NCBI GenBank assembly: GCA_043228905.1
Contig: JBHGNT010000007.1
Location: 7,750,001-7,814,000, forward strand
Origin: Azolla caroliniana
Taxonomy: Eukaryota > Plantae > Polypodiophyta
Direction: 5' to 3'
Length of the DNA: 64,000 bases
The notes beneath the pieces were generated by a model. That model did no database searches, had not been told where the DNA came from, and saw nothing but the letters and a program-made list of their open reading frames with translations. Position 1 is the stretch's first letter. Each line of letters begins with the position of its first letter. Positions 22,716-32,580 of the stretch are shown piece after piece. The position numbers were made by a program, and so were the translations under genes.

Positions 22716-25700
22716 AGGAAGAGACATATTCGTAAATATGTTTTTGAGAGCCCATCGAGGCTATATTTGTAAATAGCCGAAAAGTCATATTAGTATAAAT
22801 ATGACTTAGGGCAAACTTTTAGTTGTGTGTTGTTACTTTTCTTGTTGGTGCAAGAAGAAGAGAGAGCACGTAATAGTGTACAGAGTGAGAGTGAGAGAGA
22901 AAGAGGTTGTTGCCTCTGTTGTAACCGCCGCCTGTGGCGAAGAGCGTGAGTCCGAGGTCATTGCCTCCGAGAACTCACTGTTTTGTACATTCATACATAG
23001 TGACAGTTTGCAGCCTGTGGGCTACCGTGGTTTTTCCCCTAGTTTGGGGTTTTCCACGTAAACCTCCTGTGTAGTGTGTGTGTATCTTCCTCTCCTTTGT
23101 ATCGTGTTTTGTTTCCCGTTTTCCTGTGTGTCATTCTAACCTCGGTTGTGGCCGAGCGTTACGCATAAGGAATGTTGGGTTCCCGTCAAGTGGTATCAGA
23201 GCGAAATCGACACAGAAAATGGACGAATCATTTGGCGGCATGTTCAAGCTCACCGGCTCCAACTATTCAGTATGGAAGTCGAAGATGAGGTACATGCTCG
23301 TTGTTAAAGACCTCTGGCTGCCGGTTCAGTTCGGGGACAAGAGACCGGACAAAATCGACGCCGCGATATGGGAGGTGATGCACATGAAGACAACGGCGTA
23401 CATACGGTGCTTCATCGACATGAGCCTATACAACAACTTCAATGAAGAGAGCAAGGCTCATGAGCTCTGGGAGAAGATCGGCATAATGTTCCAAAACAAA
23501 AATGTTGTTAATCAGGTTTCGGTATTCCGGAAGCTAGTAAGACTCTGGTACCAAGATGGCTCCAACATGGCGGAGCACATGAATGCCTTCCAGGGGCTAA
23601 TCCACCAGGCAACTTCATTGGAAGTACCTCTCGCCGATGAGGTACTTGCGCTACTCCTGCTCGGTTCCCTCCCGGATAGCTGGGAGACGTTGGTTGTCAC
23701 TTTGGGCAACGCCGGGCCGGAAAGAAAGCGGTTATCCCTAGCAACAGTAAAGTCAAGCTTGCTAGATGAGGAGGCGCGTCGGAAAGACAAAGATACGAGC
23801 TCCGACTCCAAAGCGCTCCTTACTGAATCGGAACGTGGGAGACATAGAAACCGTAGTCCCCCGAATCGGGAGAAGTCGAGGACACGGTCAAAGTCAAGGG
23901 GGAGGCCTACTTGCTTCTATTGCGGCAAGCCGGGACACTTCCAAAAGAACTGTCGGCATTTCCGTAAAGACAAGGAAACCGACGGTACCGATTCGGAGCA
24001 AACCCCGAACCGGAACGGTACAGACTGGAACGGTAAAGAACGGAGGGGGCCGGACCGGAAGGGAACGACGGCAATCGCGGCAAGTGAAGAAGAGTTTATG
24101 CTCATCACCGAGGACTGTGAGATAAACCTTGCCGGCGACGAGATGACCTGGGTGGTAGACTCCGGAGCGTCGTTCCACCTTACCCTGGACCGGAAATGCT
24201 TCTCATCCTATTCAGCCGGTGATCACGGCTGTGTCCGGATGGGGAACGAAGGAACATGCCGAATTGTCGGCATAGGAGACGTGTGGTTGACAACACCAAC
24301 CGAATGCAAGTTGCTACTGAAGGATGTACGACACGTTCCGGAAGTTCGTCTGAACCTGATATCAGCCGGTTAGCTAGATGATGAAGGCTACACGGGTAGC
24401 ATCCGGAACGGTGTCATGAAGTTCAGCAAAGGGAGCCTGATTGTGGCTCGGGCCCGGAAGGTAAACACATTGTACCTGATGTACGCCTGGTGATGTCCGG
24501 AAGAAGTGAACGTGGCTTCCGACATTGCTGGTGAGCTGTGGCACAAGAGGCTATGTCACATGAGTGAGAAGGGGATGAAGAGGCTTGCAGACGACAACCT
24601 CATTCCAGTGAAGAACGTGCACTTAGAGAAGTGCACTGATTGTCTGGCCGGTAAGCAGAACCGGACCTCCTTCCGACCAAGGCCACCGATGAGACGTAAT
24701 GCACCACTTGAGTTGGTGCATACGGATGTGTGTCAAGTAGACACGAAGTCACATGCCGGAGCGCAGTACTTCGTAACGTTCATAGATGACCACAGTCGGA
24801 AGCTGTGGGCCACACCGTTGAAGACAAAGGATCAGGTGTTATCCGTCTTCAAAGAGCTCCACGCGAGAGTGGAAAGAGAAACCGGCCGGAAGTTGAAGGC
24901 GGTTCGAGCAAATAACGGAGGAGAGTACCGGGGGCAGTTCGAGGAGTACTGCCGCTCGAAGGGAATCCGGCTCGAATTTACCGTGCCGAAGACGCCGGAA
25001 CTAAACGGATTGGCCGAGAGGATGAACCGGACCATAATGGAGAGGGTCCAGAGTATGCTAGCGCATGCAAAACTACCCAAGAAGTTTTGGGCTGAGGCAC
25101 TGTCGACGGCGACATACGTGATAAATAGATCACCCTCAGTACCCTTGGACGGAGACACGCCACAGAGAGTGTGGACCGGTAAGGAAGTATCCTACCGGCA
25201 TCTGAAGGTGTTCGGGTGTCTCGCGTACGTGCATGTAGCAAAGGACCGGAGAGGAAAGTTAGATCCAAAGACCCGGCCATGCATATTCCTCGGTTACGGT
25301 GACGATGTCGGGGTAGTTGTGGTTCGTGCGGCGAAGTCGCAGGGACTAAGGTTAAGGGGAGTTGAAGGAACTTTTATAAGGCTTGCGCGCAAATGTTAGG
25401 AAGATAAAGGATATGAAGAATAATAGTTTAAAGTAATATGTGTGAGAGAGAGACTAGTATAGATAAAAGATAGAGGCAATGTATGATTCAAGACGCAAGA
25501 TAGAGACAAAGTATGATTTAAGACAAAAAAGTATATGATATGTATTACGAATACAAGATTTTACCAACTTTACAATGTTTGGTAGCAAGATGAACCCTTT
25601 CTCTACCGACCCTTGATTCGAACTCACGACCTCAACTTCGAAACAAGAGGTTCTCCACCCAATGAGCTAGTCTTCTTCAATTGATTGTATTATTTTTTCA

Positions 25701-26164
25701 CTCTCTCTTGATTCCTTGATCCCCTTTTGTTTTCCTTTCCTCTCTTTTTATAAGTATTTCCATGCATATGGTAATGTCATGCATGTAATGCATGAGTTAC
25801 ATCTGATGCATGATCGCCACATGCATTGCATGTGATGCATGATAGCCATCATGCTCATTTGAGCTCCCATGTATTGGGATAAGTATAATGATGGATATAA
25901 CCCTAAAACAAATAACCTAGTTTAGTGGTGTATGGTTTGTGCTTGATATACAAGGTTGAGGTTTCAAAATCCTCAATTTTACTTAATACAATATATAGCT
26001 TCATTCTTATATCATGAAGCACATTTATTACATGCTTTTACAAATAAATAGCCTAGCCTAGTGGTATGTACATTGTACATCGTATATAAGGATGTGGGTT
26101 CAAGTCTCTCAAATATTATTAAATACAACATTTAAGCTCATTTTTATATCGTGAAGCACATTCT

Positions 26165-29100
26165 TCACGACACCCACCCCCTCTGAACTTGCACATTGGT
26201 TGTGCAGAGTTCATCCAACACTTCTTCCGATTCTTTTAGTTCTTCTACTTCTTCATAAAATTCAGGCTCTAATGACTCCCTCCTTTTAAATATTTTAATC
26301 CTTTTTCCTGCAATTGGGATACGAATTTCTGTCCCATCTAATTCATTGAGGAAATATGTGGCTTTATCTGTTATTTTCCTAACTTCATAAGGTCCAAACC
26401 ATCTTTTTGCAAACTTCCGAATAGTACTGTATTGATTATCTAGGCTATTATCATATACTAATACCCAATCTCCCTCTTGCACCTTTCTTGGTCGTATTCT
26501 TTTCATCTTGTCAAATCTGTCCTTATTCTTGATTCTTGCCTCTTTCAATCTAGTAGCTGCTTTTTCTATGTCTTCTATCCTTGATTGAAGTTGTCGTATT
26601 CGAACCGCAAGTAAATCTTCCCTACTCATTTCTGATTCCCAAGGCAACACAGCCCATGTAGTTATCTTTTCTTCAATTGGCATTATTGGCTTCTGTCCTG
26701 TGATTAATTCTGCAGGCATATATCCAGTAACAGTGCTGTGAGTTGTCCTATCAGCCCATAGTGCATAGGGTAAGGTTTTTGGCCAATCACTAACCCGTCC
26801 TCTACATGCCTTTGCCAAAGCTTTGACTATTGGCCCATGTCCCCTTTCTACCTTTCCATTAGCTTCTGGATTGTACGCCGTTGTCAAAGAAAGCCGAATT
26901 CCTATTTTGTCGAAAAAATCTTGAGCTTCCGCAGAATTGAGTTCTCCCCTATCTGCCACTATCTTCCCGATACATCCATATCTACAAACAATGTCCTCCA
27001 AGATGAATTGACATACTCCTAATGTCCCTTTTGTTCTCAATGAACGACCTTCCACTTGATTTGTTAGATCTTCTCTAGCAAGAACCAAGTATCTCTTTTG
27101 TCCTACTCCAAGTGGCATTGTTACCAAATCTATCATCCACTTGTAATGCACCCCCGGTGAGTATGTTGGGTGTAATTCATCACAAAATTTTACATTTGAA
27201 TAATATTGACAAGTGGGACAAGTTTCCACATACTTTTTTATTTGCTCATAGTATCGAGGCCACCAAAATCGTTCTTTAATCTTACTGAAAGTGGCCCACA
27301 CTCCTCGATGACCAGCCCATTCTTTGTCATGCAGCTCTTTGATTATCTCCTTTCTTTGCCCTTCAGAACCTATTACTCTTTGCGGGTTTCCAGTCTTGGT
27401 TTTCGGATGTCGCCATAGATATCCTTCATACAGGAAGAACTTATGGGCTTTCTTGCGAAACTGTGCGAACTCTTTTCCAGATCGACCTTTATACTTGTCA
27501 GGGGTTTGTAGGTATTTTCCTATTTCCTTGAATTCATCTTCATACTCCTCTTCTAGAAACTGCATTCCTCCTTCCCGAGTAATGCTTGTGGTAAGGACTG
27601 TTTGTTCTTTGTCCTCATCGTCCGAGTCTGGAATCTCCTCTTCCTCATACCTTGCTCTTGATAACATATCTGCTACTGCATTTCTATTCCCAGAGATATG
27701 TCGAACTTCAGGGTTGATTGATCTAATATAAATACACCATCTTAACATGGCTTGATCTGGAATATCACAATTAGCTATGATACCCAGAATAGGCAAACAA
27801 TCTGTTTCTATTATTACTTCAGCACCAATTAAGTAATCTCTGTCTGTCTTTACAGCTGTTACTATCCCTCATAGCTCTCTTTTCACCTGTGCATATTTTC
27901 TTTGTCGACCACTAAGAACCTTTGCCCCGAATCGGACTGGATACCTTTCTTCCCTATCTTGTTGGCTTATCACCCATCCAATTCCAATGGGACTAGAGTC
28001 TACTGTGAGATATATGGGCCGGGTGTAGTCTGGTTGCTTTAATGGTGGAGCTTGTGCCAAGTAGTACTTCAATTTCTTCATTGCCTCTGAATGCTCTTCA
28101 CTCCATTCAAATGTCTCTCCTTTTCTTAGGAGTCTATATAAAGGTTCAGATAAATGGGCATAATGCGGAATCCATTTACAGTAAAAAACACATACCCCCA
28201 GAAACCTTCGTACTTCTGAGATGGATGTACATTCCTCTTGCATATTTTGAATTGCATTGACCTTGGTTGGGGATGGCTTTCTCCCATACGGGCCACACAT
28301 ATGACCAACTATTAATATCTCTTTTGCCCCAAATATTGACTTCGCCCCTGATAAGGTCAAATGCACTTCTTCCATCCTTGATAGCACCTTCTCACAATCC
28401 TTGATATGATCAGCAACGAATTGACGGCAACCACTTTCGTCCAATTCCTCGTTCTTCTCTTCCTCCTTGCATCCCTTAATTGGAACATCATCTAGAAAAG
28501 GCATTGTAATATGAGGAATAAAATCACGAAGTACCTTGTTCATTCCATTCATCATATGCGCCACTGAGTTGGTCGCTCCTTGCGGCAAGGTGCACATCCG
28601 TACTAACCCTATAGGTGTCTTGATAGAAGTTATATCTCGACTTTTGATAGCAAGTTGAAATTGATCATACCCGGAATAAAGGTCTCCCATTGAATATATA
28701 GCTCTTCCTGCAAACATCTCAGCAAACTCATCCACAATTGGCCCTACTCCCGAGTTTCGGATTGTTACCTTATTCACGGGTTGCATATCTTGGATAAATT
28801 GGAGTCGCCCATCTTTCTTTAACACAGTGAACCATCGACTCGAGTAAGGAGCGTTCGATGGTTCCAAGATACCCATCCTTATCTTTTCTTTCAAAAGTTC
28901 TAATAGTTGAGGGATTCTAGCCCTAGGCATGGGTATTGGCTTAAAGTTCCATGGAATATGAGGGATAGTGAATATAACCATGGGCTCCACAATTTCTAGA
29001 TCCACACACCCTATTTCCTCCGGTTGGAATGCAAACGCCTTTCCATGCCTTTTTAATATCTCCCTGAACTGCTTTTCTTCAGCGGGTAATAGGAAGTCAC

Positions 29101-29622
29101 CCCCTCCTATTTTCATCCCTTGTATTGTTTCCGGAGTAAACACATGTCCTACCTTTCGTGGGTCTCTGATCATTGGCTCTGTGGCTGCTTCTTTGATTGC
29201 CTTTTCACTATCCCCTGGAAGTGGAGCAGCAATAGGACGAACCTTCTTCTCCACTGTCTTGTACTTTGTTAGTACATGTGCTTCATGATCCTTTCGAGCA
29301 ACTTCTTCAATGACCTCATACATCTTGATTGAATGGACAGGAACTTGGATTTCGTTGTCTTCTTCCATTGCTTCCAAATGAGTTATTGTATCTTCAAAAC
29401 TTAATTCTTCAAACATATCCTGAATTTCTTCATCATCATCTATTAATCCAGAACACTTAAAGTACTCGAAAGCATTTTGTATTTTATTATTATTTACTTT
29501 TAGTATAAAAGTAGCACCATTAGATGAGATTGAACAAGGAATATCTTTATTTACATTATTATTTATGGGGTTTTCTTTTATGCTCGGGCTATCACAGCCC
29601 CTACCTGTAAAAGCCCTATCTA
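26165..29622 (-). CDS. Gypsy E pol (RT-RNase H-integrase), -1 frame relative to gag, one premature stop at 27869
   Basis: DLYSGYDQF, LPQGATNSV, FLDDV, VDSSPIG, GHRG...CPTCQ, ADRGEL, YNPEANGKVERGH, WFGPY; no chromodomain seen. Confidence 0.9.
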
Positions 29623-29629
29623 AAAATCC
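29567..29629 (-). promoter_or_regulatory. Candidate -1 programmed ribosomal frameshift signal (G GAU UUU + stem/pseudoknot)
   Basis: Heptamer directly before the gag UAG, 6-nt spacer, 11/12-bp stem, -1 frame open through to pol. Confidence 0.75.
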
Positions 29630-31734
29630 TGGGAAAACTCTTCATCCATCTCTTGAATTGGATGTTCCCTCAAGCATTCTTTGTTTCTTTCATGGTTGGG
29701 CCTCACGGTTAAGAATTGGACAGTCTTTCTTCCATCTTGACTCTTGATTCTCGCGAAAGCCGAACCATCATCAATAACCTTTGTTTCCATCCTCACTGCG
29801 GTGATGTAGGGCTGGCCAAGGATGACGGGGTAGGTTGATCGATCCTGCACAAAGAAATTTTGATTCACCGAGACATCACCAATTGTTACCTTCACACTAG
29901 GACATGCTCCGAATAGATCCTCCGTAGTTTCTGTGGCAGCTCTTATTTTCCACCCATGATTCTTGTCAATCGGCCATCGTCCTCGAGCGTAAAATTCCGA
30001 TGACATCATGTTAATCTCTGATCCATGATCGATCAAAGCAATACATGGAATTTGTTGCTCCCCAATTTTTGCAGGTGCCTCCGTTGTTGCTCGAGCCCAA
30101 TGGTCCCTTGTATAGTGACTCCTATCCCCTTCATGGACGCCAACATCATTCTGGTTTTTTACACTTGCAGCATTGATGGTGCCACCATACAAATCTTGGA
30201 GTGTTGCTGCACACCCTCCCGTAATTTCCTCCGTCACCTGTCTCTTCCTTCTAATAATATCTATGATAACTTCATGAAATTCTTTCTTTGCTATACCCAA
30301 CACTTCTCTTAAAGTAAATTCTACCTTACTATTTAATATTCTTGTTTCTAGTACCTTTTTTATATCCGTCGTTGTTTCTATGTCTGAGGCAAGCTTGAAA
30401 GATGGGCCTGTCTTTCCTTTTACTTTATCAGCTTCCTTCGGCTCAATAGCACCCTTTTCCATCTCCCTTCTCTTTTGTTCTCGTGTCTCATGTCTCTTTG
30501 TCGGATCAGCTTCCTCAGCTCTCTTCCGCTTCTCTTCCACTAGCACATCTTGTGCATTCACTTGGGCGAATGCTGATAGCGCGTCTACTGGATCATTCCA
30601 TCCAGTGAAGTTTCGTATTTCATCTCCCACTCTTTTTAATTCATCCACTCGAACCTTCCCTTTTCTTGCATACTCCATCACACCCTGCCAAAAGTCAGAT
30701 CCACCATATGAGTCTTCTACGCGCAACCCTAAGGTTGCCACGGATTGTATCGCTTGAGTCGTTTCTCTCTCGGCATCTTCCATTAGCTTTTTCATTCCTC
30801 CTCGCCCGAAGTTGAGTTGAAGTGGTTGTCGAGTCTCTGTCGAGTGAATCTTGCCCTCTTGATAGTAGATTTTATTACGATTAAGAGCATCCCTATGCTC
30901 TTGACAATCTTTCTTCTGGTGGTCGATACTATCACACCACATACACCTTCGGACCATTCCACCTCCCTGCCTTGATGAAGTCGAGCTTTGTCCCGATTCT
31001 AGCTTTGTCACTTTGATCGACAAGTCTTTCATGCCTTTCACCAATTCGTGTAAGAGTGATTCTTCTACTTTCTTTTCTCCCGACTCGTTCCCCGTTTCTT
31101 CATCATTTCTGTCGGGCAACTCCATAAACCATAACTTTCTTTTGCAGAAATGGGCGCACGCCCTTTTCACCTCCTCCCAGTCTTCGGTAAGTCCACTTGG
31201 ACTATTCTGATCTTCTAAAAGCATTCCCAAGTCCTTCCTGTCTTTAATATTAGTAGCTTGTAGAAACAATATTACTTTATCTGGTACTATTATATTTCTA
31301 TCTCTAACATTTAGTTGCTCAAATCTTTCAGAAAACTCTTTTAATACTTCCAAAACACTTAAATGTTTATTAGACTCTACCCAATCCATGAAAGCTCGCC
31401 TTGTCATCCTTGATATATCGTTGAGGTTGTATTCATTGAGTAATGCCCTTTCGAATGTTGTCCATGTCTGATTCTCCCTTTGGAGCTCTTGGATCCTCTC
31501 TTGTAGCCCAATCGCAGCGACTCAACTAAAGCTATTAATTTTTGTAGCTTCGTCGACACCGCGTTTAAGCATTTCTTCATTATAAATCTTCAGAAATCTT
31601 GTTAAATTTATACCTTCGAAGATTCCTACTCGTGCGAGAATATTGTCGACGGCTTTGTCGATGCTTGCCATCATCCCTTGTTCCCGCATCACTTGTTCCA
31701 TCATCGTACACATAAGCCTCATTTGCTCCTCCAT
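29620..31734 (-). CDS. Gypsy E gag-protease ORF (DUF4100-like segment), one premature TGA at 31522
   Basis: CMWCDSIDHQKKDC knuckle; ALIDHGSEINMM protease site; VILGQPY; ORFs 31522-31734 and 29620-31407 are in the same frame. Confidence 0.88.
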
Positions 31735-31751
31735 TTCTCCTCGTCGCCGCC

Positions 31752-31769
31752 TTCACGTCGGGTTCACCA
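31752..31769 (-). promoter_or_regulatory. Primer-binding site complementary to the 3' end of tRNA-Trp
   Basis: Plus strand TTCACGTCGGGTTCACCA matches the 3' 18 nt of plant cytosolic tRNA-Trp(CCA) as I recall it; 4 nt from the LTR. Confidence 0.85.
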
Positions 31770-32385
31770 AATGTGTCGGGGTAGTTGTGGTTCGTGCGGC
31801 GAAGTCGCAGGGACTAAGGTTAAGGGGAGTTGAAGGAACTTTTATAAGGCTTGCGCGCAAATGTTAGGAAGATAAAGGATATGAAGAATAATAGTTTAAA
31901 GTAATATGTGTGAGAGAGAGACTAGTATAGATAAAAGATAGAGGCAATGTATGATTCAAGACGCAAGATAGAGACAAAGTATGATTTAAGACAAAAAAGT
32001 ATATGATATGTATTACGAATACAAGATTTTACCAACTTTACAATGTTTGGTAGCAAGATGAACCCTTTCTCTACCTACCCTTGATTCGAACTCACGACCT
32101 CAACTTCGAAACAAGAGGTTCTCCACCCAATGAGCTAGTCTTCTTCAATTGATTATATTATTATTTCACTCTCTCTTGATTCCTTGATCCCCTTTTGTTT
32201 TCCTTTCCTCTCTTTTTATAAGTATTTCCATGCATATGGTAATGTCATGCATGTAATGCATGAGTTACATCTGATGCATGATCGCCACATGCATTGCATG
32301 TGATGCATGATAGCCATCATGCTCATTTGAGCTCCCATGTATTGGGATAAGTATAATGATGGATATAACCCTAAAACAAATAACC

Positions 32386-32580
32386 TAGCTTAGTGGTGTA
32401 TGGTTTGTGCTTGATATACAAGGTTGAGGGTTCAAGTTCCTCAATTTTACTTAATACAATATATAGCTTCATTCTTATATCATGAAGCACATTTATTACA
32501 CACTTTTACAAATAAATAGCCTAGCCTAGTGGTATGTACATTGTACATCGTATATAAGGATGTGGGTTCAAGTCTCTCAA
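32386..32580 (+). other. Two tandem tRNA-like (A-box/B-box) modules in Gypsy E LTR U3 (also at 25918-26112)
   Basis: TAGCTTAGTGG / TAGCCTAGTGG A boxes; GAGGG-TTCAAGT-TCCTC T-arm; 5-bp anticodon-like stems with 7-nt loops; 136-bp period. Confidence 0.6.

Noticed and set aside
24506-25399. Integrase with a novel C-terminal tail
   Set aside because: The tail is read-through into the Gypsy E LTR at the insertion point
25918-26112. Bona fide tRNA genes
   Set aside because: No acceptor stem and a non-canonical anticodon loop; reported only as tRNA-like modules
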